Shown here: positions 47,895 to 58,656 of the stretch, piece after piece | How the letters are laid out: each line of letters begins with the position of its first letter | How positions within the stretch are numbered: position 1 is the stretch's first letter | NCBI GenBank assembly: GCA_965219445.1 | Contig: CBDCNQ010000002.1 | Span: forward strand, 704,001 to 768,000 | Direction of reading: 5' to 3' | Length of the DNA: 64,000 bases | Source: Longimicrobiales bacterium | GTDB lineage: Bacteria; Gemmatimonadota; Gemmatimonadetes; Longimicrobiales; Gaopeijiaceae | The notes under the pieces: generated by a model | What the model saw: only the letters and a program-made list of their open reading frames with translations | What the model was told of the DNA's origin: nothing | Database searches by the model: none | Position numbers and translations under genes: made by a program

Positions 47895-50051
47895 TCAGCC
47901 CTGGGCCTCCTCGGACCTACCCTCATCGGAACTCGCGCCGCCGTCGGTACCTCCCGCGGCCTCCTCCGCGAGCGCGGCCTTACGGGAGAGGCGCAGACGG
48001 CCCTTCTCATCGATGGAGAGAAGCTTCACTCGGGTGATGTCGCCCTTGTTCAGCACGTCCTCGGTCTTCTCCACTCGGCCGTCGGCGAGCTCAGAGATGT
48101 GGCACAGTCCCTCCACGCCCGGGACGATCTCGATGAAGGCGCCAAACGACGTCGTGTTCTTGACCGGGCCCTCGTAGATTCTTCCGACCTCGGGCTCCTG
48201 CACGATCGCCTCTACCATCTCACGAGCGCGCGCTCCCGCCTCGCCGGATACGGCCGCAATCTTGACCAAGCCGCTGTCATCGATGTCGATCTTCGCCCCG
48301 GACTCTTCCTGAATGGCACGGATCGTCTTCCCTTTGGGACCGATGATGTCGCCGATCTTCGAGGGGTTGATCTGGATGCTCACGATTCGGGGGGCGTACT
48401 GTGAGAGATCGCTCCTCGGCTCGGCGAGTGCCTGATCCATGTGGTCGAGGATATGCATCCGGCCCCGATGCGCACGCTCGAGCGCGGTCTTCAGGATCTC
48501 GTGCGTCAGCCCCTCGATCTTGATGTCCATCTGAATGGACGTCACACCCTCTCGCGTCCCAGCGATCTTGAAGTCCATGTCTCCGAGAGCGTCCTCGAGT
48601 CCGAGGATGTCGGTCAGGATCGCGAGATCGTCCCCCTCCTTGATCAGCCCCATCGCGACCCCCGCGCACGCCGACTTCACGGGCACACCGGCATCCATGA
48701 GCGCGAGCGACGCACCACACACCGAGGCCATCGACGACGAGCCATTCGATTCGAGGATATCGGAAACGATCCGGATCGTATACGGGAAGTCGTCGTAGGA
48801 TGGAAGAAGCGGACGGATGGCCCGCTCGGCCAAAGCCCCGTGCCCCTGCTCACGCCGCGACGTACCACGGTACGGGCGCGCTTCACCCACCGAGAACGGC
48901 GGGAAGTTGTAGTGGAGCATGAACGACTTGGTAACCTCTTCGGCGCTGTCGATCGTGTCGATTCGCTGTTCGTCGCGAGACGTCCCGAGTGTGGTGGCCA
49001 CCAACGCCTGGGTCTGGCCGCGCGTAAAGAGCGACGAGCCATGCGTCCGCGGTAGCACACCCACTTCCGACGTGATGGACCGTACCTCATCGAGGCCACG
49101 GCCGTCGGCTCGCTCGCCTTGATCCAGGATGCGCCGTCGCATGGAACGCTTCTCAATGGAGCGAAGAACGTCCTTGACCGCCTTCTCATGATCACTGTAC
49201 GCCTCGTCCTCTTCGATCACGCGACCGATCACGTCCTCGGCTACGGCGGCCATCGCCTGGTTCCGTTCGGCCTTGTCCGACAGAGTCAGTGCCTCCTGGA
49301 TCCGGCTCTCGGCCATCTCGGTCACCTTGGCGGCGAGATCCTGATCCGGCTCGACCGGCGACCAATCCATGTCGGGAACCGTGTGCCCCTCCAGCAGTTC
49401 ACGCTGGATGTCGATGAGCTCCTTGATGCCCTCATGCGCCGTTTCGAGCCCCTCTAGGATCTCGGCCTCCGGCACCTCCACCGCGCCGCCTTCCACCATC
49501 AGAAGCGCGTCCTCGGTGCCTGCGACCATCATGTCGAGGTCGGAATACTCGAGCTGCTGGAACGTGGGATTGAGTATCCATGTACCCTTGATCCGTCCGA
49601 TGCGCACGGTCGCCACTAACGTGTTGAACGGGATCTTCGACATGTTCAGCGCCACCGAGGCGCCGATCATGGCCAGCACGTCGGCCGCGTTTTCCTGATC
49701 GGTGCTGAGCACGAAGCAAGCGACCTGCGTTTCGTGTTGGAATCCCGTCGGAAACAGCGGCCGAATCGGCCGATCTGTCAGGCGCGCCGACAGAACCGCA
49801 TTCTCGCTCGGCCGGCCCTCGCGCTTGAAGAAGCCGCCGGGAATCTTCCCGGCCGCATAGCTCTTTTCCTGGTATTCAACGGTGAGGGGGAAGAACGGTA
49901 GGTGACTCGGGCTGTCCTGCACCGTTGCGGCACAAAGCACAACCGTGTCGCCGAATTGGACCACGCAGGACCCGTGGGCGAGCCTGGCCATGCGTCCGAA
50001 CTCGAGGCTCAATGTGCGCCCCGCGAACTGGCGTTCGATTCTTTTGATCAT
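47895..50051 (-). CDS. pnp: Polyribonucleotide nucleotidyltransferase
   Basis: FFPLTV, GGFFKREGRP, FTRGQTQ, SNGSSSMASVC, GDMDFK, KH and S1 domains. Start ATG50051. Confidence 0.98.
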   Translation of the reverse strand: MIKRIERQFAGRTLSLEFGRMARLAHGSCVVQFGDTVVLCAATVQDSPSHLPFFPLTVEYQEKSYAAGKIPGGFFKREGRPSENAVLSARLTDRPIRPLFPTGFQHETQVACFVLSTDQENAADVLAMIGASVALNMSKIPFNTLVATVRIGRIKGTWILNPTFQQLEYSDLDMMVAGTEDALLMVEGGAVEVPEAEILEGLETAHEGIKELIDIQRELLEGHTVPDMDWSPVEPDQDLAAKVTEMAESRIQEALTLSDKAERNQAMAAVAEDVIGRVIEEDEAYSDHEKAVKDVLRSIEKRSMRRRILDQGERADGRGLDEVRSITSEVGVLPRTHGSSLFTRGQTQALVATTLGTSRDEQRIDTIDSAEEVTKSFMLHYNFPPFSVGEARPYRGTSRREQGHGALAERAIRPLLPSYDDFPYTIRIVSDILESNGSSSMASVCGASLALMDAGVPVKSACAGVAMGLIKEGDDLAILTDILGLEDALGDMDFKIAGTREGVTSIQMDIKIEGLTHEILKTALERAHRGRMHILDHMDQALAEPRSDLSQYAPRIVSIQINPSKIGDIIGPKGKTIRAIQEESGAKIDIDDSGLVKIAAVSGEAGARAREMVEAIVQEPEVGRIYEGPVKNTTSFGAFIEIVPGVEGLCHISELADGRVEKTEDVLNKGDITRVKLLSIDEKGRLRLSRKAALAEEAAGGTDGGASSDEGRSEEAQG

Positions 50052-50286
50052 ATTCTCTTTTCTCTGCTGTCGGGCGGACGGGGACACCCCGTCGCGCACT
50101 AATGGTCCCGTCGGGGCATTCCCGATCAGGTTCCTCCAGCAGGGGTCCGAAGAGAGATCGACCGCCGCAACGGGGGGGCACGGAGTGCCCGGCCGGATGC
50201 AGCCAATTGGTTGGGCCGATTCTCCTGGCTCCTGCTGTCTTATCGAGAGCTGCGGTCAACTCGCGAGCGCCACTCCCTGTCCGACA

Positions 50287-50547
50287 CTAATGACGGAGTC
50301 CCAGATCCGCGATGATCTCACGGTATTGCTCGACGTCCGTTCGCTTCATGTACTCCAGAAGGCGTCGACGTCGGCCTACCATTTTGAGAAGGCCGCGGCG
50401 GCTGTGGTGATCCTTATTGTGCGTGTCGAAGTGTGACCGGAGGTCGTTGATGCGCGCTGTAAGAATCGCAACCTGGACGGGGGCGCTCCCGACGTCGCCG
50501 TCGTGGAGCTGGTGCTTCTTGATGATTGCTTCTCGACTGATCGTCAC
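50287..50547 (-). CDS. rpsO: 30S ribosomal protein S15
   Basis: [33 protein letters not shown]. Confidence 0.97.
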   Translation of the reverse strand: MTISREAIIKKHQLHDGDVGSAPVQVAILTARINDLRSHFDTHNKDHHSRRGLLKMVGRRRRLLEYMKRTDVEQYREIIADLGLRH

Positions 50548-50677
50548 TTGTTCTTTGCCTCCGCAGGAGTCTGCGCTACAAGGGAAGCCTACACTGCTCT
50601 AAATGGATAACGGCTTAAGCTAGCGTCGGACCGGTGCGGCAACAACGGCCCGGCGCTAAGGCCTCTCGAATTACCGC

Positions 50678-51631
50678 CTATTCGCCGCTGAGTGCCTCAC
50701 ACGCCTGTTCGACATCTTCCTTCATCTGCTCAATAAGGGCTTCGCTCGTGTCGAACGGCCGGACCTCCCTCAAGTACTTCACGAAGTCGACCCGGACCTC
50801 TTCCCCGTAAATGTCGTCCTCGAAATCCACGAGGTGCAGCTCAATGGTCGGTGGAGACCCACGGAACGTCGGCCGGGGCCCCACATGGAGCGCACCGTCG
50901 AACGTGCCCGAGCGGACCGTCCCACGTACGGCATAGATGCCCGTCTGGGGAACGAGCTTACCGCCCTCGCCCGCTCCCCGAACCTCGAGATTCGCCGTCG
51001 GGAAGCCCAGGGTACGGCCCCGTTGGTCACCACGCACGACCAGGCCAAGAAGGGAGTACGGCCGGCCCAAACCCTTTCGTGCCGTCTCCACGTCCCCCTC
51101 CAGGAGGGCATTACGAATCTTCGTCGAGGAGATCGCATCGCCCTGGGAGCCGACCGGCCCAACCACATCGACGGCGAACCCAAGCTCGCGTCCGAGCACC
51201 TTGAGCGTCTCGGCGTTACCCTCGCGCCCCCTTCCGAAGTGGTGATCGTACCCCACGACCAACTCACTAACGTTCACGCGTTCCACCAGGATCTCCTCGA
51301 CGAAGCGGCGGGGGCTGTACGCAGCAAGCATGGGCGAAAACGTGAGGAACACCGCATAGTCGAGACCGGATTCGGCCAGAATTTCTTTCTTCTCCGCTGG
51401 GGTGGTCAGCATCGGTGGAGCCAACTCCGGACGAACGATTGTAAGGGGATGAGGGTGGAAGGTCACCAAGACGCTCCTTCCGCCCACCGCCTCGGCCCTG
51501 CGCCGAATCTCTGAGAGCACTTCCCAGTGGCCTCGATGTACGCCATCGAACGTCCCGATGGTGACCACCGTCTTTCGGCCGTCCCTGGGGAGACCAGACG
51601 GGAGTGTCGGGTCGATGGCGTGAACCCTCAT
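50678..51631 (-). CDS. ribF: Bifunctional riboflavin kinase/FAD synthetase
   Basis: IGTFDGVHRGH, TFHPHP, ISSTKIR, GRTLGFPTAN. Confidence 0.96.
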   Translation of the reverse strand: MRVHAIDPTLPSGLPRDGRKTVVTIGTFDGVHRGHWEVLSEIRRRAEAVGGRSVLVTFHPHPLTIVRPELAPPMLTTPAEKKEILAESGLDYAVFLTFSPMLAAYSPRRFVEEILVERVNVSELVVGYDHHFGRGREGNAETLKVLGRELGFAVDVVGPVGSQGDAISSTKIRNALLEGDVETARKGLGRPYSLLGLVVRGDQRGRTLGFPTANLEVRGAGEGGKLVPQTGIYAVRGTVRSGTFDGALHVGPRPTFRGSPPTIELHLVDFEDDIYGEEVRVDFVKYLREVRPFDTSEALIEQMKEDVEQACEALSGE

Positions 51632-52554
51632 CGGTCGGCACGTGTCGTGAGTATCTTTTTCGGCGCGAGGCGTCCGTTCCGGATCTCGGCGATCCCGACC
51701 AGGCCCGCCTCATCCATCACGGCGATGGGTCTTCCAGTCTCCGGCTCGGCCTCTCCGGACCATGGGATCGCTCCTCCCTGACGAAGGCATAGCGCGGCGT
51801 CTGCCTCCACTCGAATCATTGTCAAGTGACCCACCACGGCGGCCGGCTCGACCCAATGGGACGGATCCGGGGACAGGCCCTCTCGGAGGACGTCACCGGG
51901 CACTGCACGATCCACCGAGAACGTGCCAACGGCCGTTCGGCGAAGCGCCGTGAGATGGGCCCCAACCTCTAACCGATCGCCAAGGTCTCTCGCTAGCGCT
52001 CGGACGTAAGTGCCGCTCGAGCAGGTCACCGTGAAACCGATTTCAGGAGGAGCATAGTCGGTCATCCGAATCTCGAAAATCTCCACATCGACGGGCGGGA
52101 GCTGAACGATATCGCCTCGACGAGCCCTTTTGTACATCCTCTCCCCCCCTACTTTCTTCGCCGAGAATTGTGGGGGGACCTGTTGGCCGCTTCCCTCGAA
52201 GGTGGCCAATTCGGCTTCAACCTGCTCTTCGGTCGGCTCCACTCCGGAATCGTGAACGCGCACCGTTGTACCCTCGGCGTCATGTGTGTCCGTGCAGATC
52301 CCCAGGCGCGCTCGGGCCTCATATTTCTTGGAAAGCGTGGACAGATACTCGGAAAGGCGCGTCACGGGGCCGACCAGCAAGACCAGGAGTCCGGAAGCGA
52401 AAGGATCCAGCGTCCCCGTGTGGCCGATCCTCCCTACGCCCAGCGATCTCCGAGCCCACCTCACGACGTCATGTGAAGTCGGTCCCTCGGGCTTGTCCAC
52501 CAGAAGGGCTCCACCGCCCTCGGGCACGCCGGCCCCCACCCCATCAGGCGTCAC
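51628..52554 (-). CDS. truB: tRNA pseudouridine(55) synthase
   Basis: DKPEGPTSHDVV, GHTGTLDPFASG, PPQFSA, SSGTYVR. Confidence 0.96.
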   Translation of the reverse strand: MTPDGVGAGVPEGGGALLVDKPEGPTSHDVVRWARRSLGVGRIGHTGTLDPFASGLLVLLVGPVTRLSEYLSTLSKKYEARARLGICTDTHDAEGTTVRVHDSGVEPTEEQVEAELATFEGSGQQVPPQFSAKKVGGERMYKRARRGDIVQLPPVDVEIFEIRMTDYAPPEIGFTVTCSSGTYVRALARDLGDRLEVGAHLTALRRTAVGTFSVDRAVPGDVLREGLSPDPSHWVEPAAVVGHLTMIRVEADAALCLRQGGAIPWSGEAEPETGRPIAVMDEAGLVGIAEIRNGRLAPKKILTTRADR

Positions 52555-52972
52555 CCGGTTCCTCCGTGCCGCCCTCGGCGGGATCCCGCGAATCGCCCGC
52601 CCCGTCGTCCTCTTCGCCTCCCCCCCCGTCGAGTCCTTTCAGAATCTCCTCGATGCGGGTGGCCTGAGCGTGCGTCCTGTCCTCCAAGAAACGCAACTCC
52701 GGGATTCGGCGGATGTGCAGTACGCCAGCGAGCTCCCGTCGAATGAAGTTCGCCGCAGCTTCGAGGCCCTGAAGCGCCTCGCGGCGCTCCCGGTCCTCAT
52801 CCCCGACACGCACATAAACGCGGGCCAGCCAGAGGTCCGAGGTAACGTCAACCGAGTTCACGACCACGTCCTGGACCCGGGGATCACGAACCGCCCGGCG
52901 TAGTATCGCCGTAATTTCCCGACGGAACTGCTCGTTCAACCGGGCGAGTCGTCGATTCGGTTTGTCCATCAT
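52544..52972 (-). CDS. rbfA: Ribosome-binding factor A
   Basis: RLARLNEQ, DPR, VTSDL..ARVY, PELRF. Confidence 0.93.
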   Translation of the reverse strand: MMDKPNRRLARLNEQFRREITAILRRAVRDPRVQDVVVNSVDVTSDLWLARVYVRVGDEDRERREALQGLEAAANFIRRELAGVLHIRRIPELRFLEDRTHAQATRIEEILKGLDGGGGEEDDGAGDSRDPAEGGTEEPGDA

Positions 52973-53023
52973 GTGAGTGTGGTGGTTCGCGACTCTGGAA
53001 GGGTGATCGTGCGCATGGAGGAA

Positions 53024-53305
53024 TCAGTAGCGCTCCTTGCGGGCAGAGAGAATCACCACCCGGTGCTCACCCTCGATAAATTGATCCAACTTGTCGAGAA
53101 CGGAGTCGGCCGAAGCGCCGTCCGTGGTTACGATCGCGACTGAGAGCTGGGCGCGGGTCCACACTTCTTGGTAGGCCGTTTCCGCGACGGAGACGTTGAA
53201 TCGTCCCCGGATTCGATCCTTCAGCGACTTGACGACCCTCCGCTTGTCCTTGAGGGAGCTACACTCCGGAAGTGAGAGATCCCAGGAGCACCCGGAAACG
53301 AGCAC
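53024..53305 (-). CDS. DUF503 (YlxP-like) protein
   Basis: SLKDKRRVVKSL..RFNVSVAE; conserved position between infB and rbfA. Confidence 0.9.
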   Translation of the reverse strand: MLVSGCSWDLSLPECSSLKDKRRVVKSLKDRIRGRFNVSVAETAYQEVWTRAQLSVAIVTTDGASADSVLDKLDQFIEGEHRVVILSARKERY

Positions 53306-53314
53306 GCCGTCTCT

Positions 53315-55993
53315 CTAAGCCGTCGCCCCTTCGAGCGTCCTCGCCACCTCTTGGACGCTGTAGCTCTCGATTACATCGCCCACTTTGATGTCGTTGAAGT
53401 TGGCGATGCCGATGCCACACTCGAGGCCCTCGCGAACCTCCTTTACGTCGTCCTTGAAGCGCTTCAAGGAAGAAACCTCCCCTTCGTAGATGACGATGCC
53501 GTCGCGTATCAACCGCACGCCCGATTTCCGGTCGACGACACCGTCGACGACTTCGGAGCCCGCAATCGTGCCCACCTTCGTAATCTTGAAGACCTGGCGA
53601 ACCTCCGCAGATCCGTTGATCTGCTCTTTGCGCTCAGGAGCCAGCATGCCCTCAAGGACAGAGCGAATTTCGTCGACACCCTCGTAGATTACGTCGTAGA
53701 TACGGATGTCGACGCCGTCCCGCTCAGCGTTCTTGCGCGCATTCGTGTTCGGGCGGACACGGAACCCGAGGATGACGGCACCGGAGGTCCCGGCGAGCAA
53801 CACGTCCTCCTCGTTGATCGCACCCACCGCCCGGTGAACGATATGGACTTGAACTTCTTTGGTACCGAGGTGCTCCAGAGCATCAGAGAACGCCTGCACG
53901 GAGCCGTCAACATCCGCCTTGATGATGAGCGGTAGCGTATCTGCAGTCCCTTCAGCCACCATGCCAGAGAAGTCGCCGAGCTTGACCCCACGCTCCTTGA
54001 TGCGAAGCTGCTTCTCCCGATCCAGGCGCATCCGGCTCTCGGCGATCTCGCTCGCCCTTTCGGCGGTCATGACCTGGAATGTGTCTCCGGCCTGAGGAAC
54101 GCCGGCCGTCCCGAGAATTTGCACCGGAATGCCCGGTCCCGCTTCGTCCAGTTTATTCCCACGCTCATCCAAGATCGCACGAACCCGACCCTCGAAGTTA
54201 CCGACGACGAAGGCGTCGCCTACGCGAAGCGTACCCTTCGTGATCAGGACCGAAACAACCGAGCCCTTTCCTACATCCAACTGAGCCTCGATCACTGTTC
54301 CCATGGCAGGTCGGTCGGGGTTCGCTTGCAGCTCCAACAACTCGGCCTGGAGCAAGATCTTTTCCAGAAGCTCATCGATCGCCTCCCCTGTCTTGGCCGA
54401 GATATCCGCGCTCAATACGTCCCCACCGAACTCCTCGACCTGGACGTCCTGCTGAAGAAGCTCCTGCTTCACCTTGAGCGGATCGGCCGCAGGGAGGTCG
54501 CACTTGTTTACTGCGACGATAATCGGTACGCCCGCGTTCCGAGCGTGGCTGATCGCTTCCTTGGTCTGTGGCATGACCGAGTCGTCCGCGGCCACCACTA
54601 GAATCACAATGTCGGTGATCTCCGCGCCTCGGGCTCGCATGGCCGTAAAGGCGGAGTGACCCGGCGTATCCAGGAACGTGATCATACGGCCGTCGTCCAG
54701 GTCGACGTGGTAGGCTCCGATGTGTTGTGTGATACCGCCCGACTCGCCGGCCACGACATTGGACTCCCGGATCGAATCCAGGAGGAGCGTCTTCCCGTGG
54801 TCGACGTGCCCCATCACGGTCACGACGGGCGACCGGGGTCTCAGAGCTCCCTCGGCGTCCACGTCTTCGACCGTGTCCTCGTGATGGCCGTACTCCTCCT
54901 CGCGAATCGCCGTGCACCCGAACTCATCGAGGAGCAGTTCAATCTGGGGAAAGTCGAGGCGCTGATTGATCGTCACCATGAGCCCCAGGTTCTTGAATGC
55001 GGACCCGATGATCTCCATAGGGGACGCCTCGACGAGGTCGGACAACTCCGATACGGTCAAGAATTCGTTCACCCGAACGATCTTCCGCTCGCGCTCCTCT
55101 TCCTGACGGGCCTCCTCCTCCGCTGCCTCGCGCTCCTCCTTGGACGGCGCAGAACCCTTCCGGCGGCGCTTCTTCCCTCCGCCCTTGAGCTGCGCCATCA
55201 CTCGCTGGATGTTCTCCTGCACGGCGCTCTGGTCCACGCGTTGGCGCTTCTTGCCCTTCTTCTGCCGTTGGCTCCGCTGGCCATCTGGAGTGTACCCCTC
55301 CGCCTGGACGCGGACCTGTCCGGCCGTTCCAGAGGAAGCCGCGGGCTTGGGACGGCGAATCACCCGGGCTGGTCCCTCGGGTGCAGCTTGCCGTGCCGGC
55401 TCCGGGCGTTGCCGCGGCGGGGCTTCGGGAGTGGGTTCAAGAGATGCTGCAACGAGTGCCTCCTCTTCCGCCTGCCTTTCGGCCTCTTCTTCCGCCTCTA
55501 CTTCAGGTTCTAAATCGAGAGCAGGCTCCTCAGGAACGACGGAAGTACCGGCATCGATATCGAGTTCTGGAGCAGCCTCGTCCTCTACGTCCACAGCCAC
55601 CGGCTCAGGCTCCAGCGCCTCAGCGGGCTCCTCCTCGGTCTCCGTGGCGCTCGCTGCCACTTCCACCTCTTCGGATGCGTCGACCTCTTCGGCCGAGTCG
55701 ACTACCTCGGGGGTTTCAGGTTCAGGCTCGGGCTCCGGAGGTAACTCGCTCTTGCGACGCCGGCGGCGCTTTCCCGCGGACGGCTTGGCGTCGACGATGG
55801 CGGCCTCGATCGCATCTGCCGTAGACGGGTGCCCACTCCGCCGCTCACGCTCTAGGCGAGCGAGAATGAGAGCGACATCGCCCCCACTGATCAGAGCGTC
55901 CTGGTTCGTGGCGGAAATCCGCAATGAGCGCAGGAGGCCCAGCAATACCTTCGGCGAAACCCCGAGGTCGGTGGCTAATTCTTCAACCCGCAT
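53315..55993 (-). CDS. infB: Translation initiation factor IF-2
   Basis: [40 protein letters not shown]. Confidence 0.98.
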   Translation of the reverse strand: MRVEELATDLGVSPKVLLGLLRSLRISATNQDALISGGDVALILARLERERRSGHPSTADAIEAAIVDAKPSAGKRRRRRKSELPPEPEPEPETPEVVDSAEEVDASEEVEVAASATETEEEPAEALEPEPVAVDVEDEAAPELDIDAGTSVVPEEPALDLEPEVEAEEEAERQAEEEALVAASLEPTPEAPPRQRPEPARQAAPEGPARVIRRPKPAASSGTAGQVRVQAEGYTPDGQRSQRQKKGKKRQRVDQSAVQENIQRVMAQLKGGGKKRRRKGSAPSKEEREAAEEEARQEEERERKIVRVNEFLTVSELSDLVEASPMEIIGSAFKNLGLMVTINQRLDFPQIELLLDEFGCTAIREEEYGHHEDTVEDVDAEGALRPRSPVVTVMGHVDHGKTLLLDSIRESNVVAGESGGITQHIGAYHVDLDDGRMITFLDTPGHSAFTAMRARGAEITDIVILVVAADDSVMPQTKEAISHARNAGVPIIVAVNKCDLPAADPLKVKQELLQQDVQVEEFGGDVLSADISAKTGEAIDELLEKILLQAELLELQANPDRPAMGTVIEAQLDVGKGSVVSVLITKGTLRVGDAFVVGNFEGRVRAILDERGNKLDEAGPGIPVQILGTAGVPQAGDTFQVMTAERASEIAESRMRLDREKQLRIKERGVKLGDFSGMVAEGTADTLPLIIKADVDGSVQAFSDALEHLGTKEVQVHIVHRAVGAINEEDVLLAGTSGAVILGFRVRPNTNARKNAERDGVDIRIYDVIYEGVDEIRSVLEGMLAPERKEQINGSAEVRQVFKITKVGTIAGSEVVDGVVDRKSGVRLIRDGIVIYEGEVSSLKRFKDDVKEVREGLECGIGIANFNDIKVGDVIESYSVQEVARTLEGATA

Positions 55994-56002
55994 GCGCTTC
56001 GT

Positions 56003-56338
56003 CTACCTCCGCGTCCTGTTCTCGACCGGTATTTCCGGCTCTACAACGAGCCGGGCTACCAACTCCTTCGCGAACTGGTCATCCGTGACAGCTACCGCAG
56101 AAACCGGCGCCGATCCCACGGCCATGCCCAATGCCTCCCGCGTCCCGAGGGTCGCGCGAGGCGTCGTCCCGTGACTCAAAAGCTTCATCACCTTGTCTCG
56201 TTGCCTTTCAGAGGCGTCCTGCGCGAACAGAATCAACCGAGCGCGGCCCTCCTTGAGCGCGCGCCTCGTCGACCCGGTCCCGTACGCAAGCGCCCCAGCA
56301 CGTCGAGCCATCCCGAGAAGGGCCAAGGGGTCACGCAT
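56003..56338 (-). CDS. L7Ae/YlxQ-family RNA-binding protein
   Basis: LLGMARRAG, AQDAS, LGMAVG; between nusA and infB. Start ATG56338. Confidence 0.88.
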   Translation of the reverse strand: MRDPLALLGMARRAGALAYGTGSTRRALKEGRARLILFAQDASERQRDKVMKLLSHGTTPRATLGTREALGMAVGSAPVSAVAVTDDQFAKELVARLVVEPEIPVENRTRR

Positions 56339-57935
56339 GTGCCTCGTTCTCGTCTTCTGAGGTGGCAGCTTCCTCGACGTCGGCGTCCTCCCCCACCTCG
56401 GTATCCGCCTCGGCAAGCACCTCCGCTTCGGTATCAGCCTCTGCCAGGACCTCGACTTCGCTATCAGCCTCTGCCAGGACCTCCGCTTCGCTATCAGCCT
56501 CGGTCAGTATTTCCGCCTCTACCGGATCCTCAACGTCCACCTCGCCGGCTCCTTCGACCTCGGCGGGGGCAGCCTCCTCGGCCTCGCCAACCTCCCCAAG
56601 CCCATCCACCCCGGCGGTGTCCGCCGCTTCGGCAGCATCCTCGGTGACGACCGTCAACTCATCGATCAACTCCAGCAATTTGTCGGCCTCCTTTTCTCCC
56701 AGGCCTTCGATGGCTAAGAACGCGGCACGGTCGAATTCGATAATCTGCAAAAACGTAGTATATCCAGCGCTCTCCAGGGCCGTCAGAGTCTCCGGCGTCA
56801 GATCCAGCTCAGCGAGCGCAAAGTCGGACGTCTCGTAGGCCTCGTCGTCCGACTCCCGCTTGAACAGAGACAGATCGGCGCCGAGCTCCAGCCACTCGCG
56901 GGATCCGTACAGATCGATCTGCCATCCGATGAGCTGCGAAGCGAGCCTCACGTTTTGTCCGTTTCGGCCGATCGCCAGAGACAGTTGATCCTCGTCGACG
57001 ATGGCCGTGATCACCTGGCGTTCCGGATCGCTCATGACTTTCGAGACACGAGCAGGCGCAAGAGCCCGCCGCGCAAAGACCTCCGGCTCGGCATGCCAGG
57101 GAACGATGTCGATGCGCTCTCCGCCCAGCTCCTGAACCACAGCCTGGACCCTGGACCCCCGCAAGCCCACACAGGCGCCCACCGGATCGATCGATTCGTC
57201 ACGGCTGTAGACGGCGATCTTGGTTCTCCCGCCGACTTCGCGCGCGATTTCCTTGATGTCGACAATGCCCTGATGGATCTCCGGCACTTCGAGATAGAAA
57301 AGCGCACCCACGAAGATCGGAGCCGCCCTCGAAAGGACAAGACGGGGTCCCTTGGGCGTCTCTTCCATTTTCTTGAGGACACAACGGATTGGATCGCCCT
57401 GCCTGAAGCGCTCGCGAGGATTCTGTTCCTTCCATGGAATGACAGCATCGGCCTCGGGGGAGCGGTTGAGCATCACGACGATCTTGCCTCGCTCGATCTG
57501 CTGGACTTCGCCCGACAGGAGCTCACCCACACGATCCGCGTACTCGTCCCGAATCCGGTCGCGCTCGTTCTCGCGAACCCGCTGCACGATGCGCTGCTTC
57601 ACCGCCATCACCGCGTTTCGGCCGAAATCTTCGAAGTCGACCGGAATTTCCATCACATCCCCGACCTGGAAGCCCTCATCGTCCCAGCGGGCCTCTTCGA
57701 GGCTGATCTCGGACGACGGATCCTCGACCTCTTCCACCACACGGCGAAGTACCACGATGCCCAATCCACCGGAGACGTCGTCGATGGTGATCTCAGCCTG
57801 CACGTTGGGACCATGTATCCGAGATAAGCCTGCCATGATGCCGTCCCTAAGGAGGTCGTTCACCTCGTCGGGCGACAGGCTTTTCGTAGAAGCGACGTCG
57901 TTGAACGCCGCGATGATCTGTCCGGCATCAATCAT
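56331..57935 (-). CDS. nusA: Transcription termination factor NusA with long acidic C-terminal tail
   Basis: FGRNAV..KQ, S1 domain, EVPEI, DPVGACVG, SLAIGRNGQNVRLA. Confidence 0.97.
   Translation of the reverse strand: MIDAGQIIAAFNDVASTKSLSPDEVNDLLRDGIMAGLSRIHGPNVQAEITIDDVSGGLGIVVLRRVVEEVEDPSSEISLEEARWDDEGFQVGDVMEIPVDFEDFGRNAVMAVKQRIVQRVRENERDRIRDEYADRVGELLSGEVQQIERGKIVVMLNRSPEADAVIPWKEQNPRERFRQGDPIRCVLKKMEETPKGPRLVLSRAAPIFVGALFYLEVPEIHQGIVDIKEIAREVGGRTKIAVYSRDESIDPVGACVGLRGSRVQAVVQELGGERIDIVPWHAEPEVFARRALAPARVSKVMSDPERQVITAIVDEDQLSLAIGRNGQNVRLASQLIGWQIDLYGSREWLELGADLSLFKRESDDEAYETSDFALAELDLTPETLTALESAGYTTFLQIIEFDRAAFLAIEGLGEKEADKLLELIDELTVVTEDAAEAADTAGVDGLGEVGEAEEAAPAEVEGAGEVDVEDPVEAEILTEADSEAEVLAEADSEVEVLAEADTEAEVLAEADTEVGEDADVEEAATSEDENEAHA
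56401..56520. repeat. 30-bp tandem repeat x4 in the nusA tail (EAEVLAEADS/T)
   Basis: Units start at 56401, 56431, 56461 and 56491. Confidence 0.85.
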
Positions 57936-57956
57936 GATGCCCTCAGCACTGAGCTT

Positions 57957-58442
57957 TCATTTCCATTTGAACAGAAGGTGGGCTCCCTTGATATCCGTCA
58001 GGGGCACACCTACCTCTGCACCATCTCCCAACCGGAGTCGAACCGTCGGCTCCGACGCCGAGTCCAACCCCAACAACTCCGCCTCGAGCCGGGACGAGCG
58101 CTCCGCGAGCACGCCGTAACCCTCGATGACGACCGGATTGCCCGCAAACCGCTCCCAATCCCGCGGCCGCGTCAACGGCCGCTCGATACCCGGCGACGAG
58201 ACCTCCAACACATACCGTTCTGGTATCCCGTCATGCTCGTCCAGCCAACTCTCCAACGCACGGCTCACACGGGCGCAATCATCGACCGTGACGGGAGGAT
58301 CACCCATCGGACTCCGCTCAATACGGAGCCGGATGATCGGCCTATTCCGACTACCCGCCCAATCCATCGAAACAAGATCGATCCCCAGATCCAGGAGGCG
58401 GTCCTCCGCCTCACGCTCAATCTCTGGCCTCGATGGAGCCAT
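57957..58442 (-). CDS. rimP: Ribosome maturation factor RimP
   Basis: VTVDDCARVSR, YVLEVSSPGIERPL. Confidence 0.95.
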   Translation of the reverse strand: MAPSRPEIEREAEDRLLDLGIDLVSMDWAGSRNRPIIRLRIERSPMGDPPVTVDDCARVSRALESWLDEHDGIPERYVLEVSSPGIERPLTRPRDWERFAGNPVVIEGYGVLAERSSRLEAELLGLDSASEPTVRLRLGDGAEVGVPLTDIKGAHLLFKWK

Positions 58443-58483
58443 GCTCCCTCCACCCCGGGGCGCGATATGAACCCCCCGAGAAC

Positions 58484-58514
58484 AAAAAAGCGGGGGCGGA
58501 CAACTCCCCCACTT
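58484..58514 (-). terminator. Attenuator-type terminator in the rimP-nusA leader
   Basis: Minus strand AAGTGGGGG-loop-CCCCCGCTTTTTT between the promoter and the rimP start. Confidence 0.75.
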
Positions 58515-58553
58515 AGAAAATTGCCGCCCCTTCGGGCGGCACTATCAAAGCGT

Positions 58554-58582
58554 AATATAGACGCAACGTCTTTTCTTTTCAA
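58554..58582 (-). promoter_or_regulatory. Sigma70 promoter of the rimP-nusA-infB operon
   Basis: Minus strand TTGAAA-N17-TATATT. Confidence 0.75.
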
Positions 58583-58656
58583 GACTTCGGCGGCCCCCAA
58601 CCCGGATTCCTCAGACGTCCATGGGCCCTCCGGCCCCTCGGTCGATAATCCGTGGA

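Noticed and set aside
56401..56520. Possible CRISPR array (30-bp periodicity)
   Set aside because: Contiguous in-frame coding repeats with no spacers and no cas genes.
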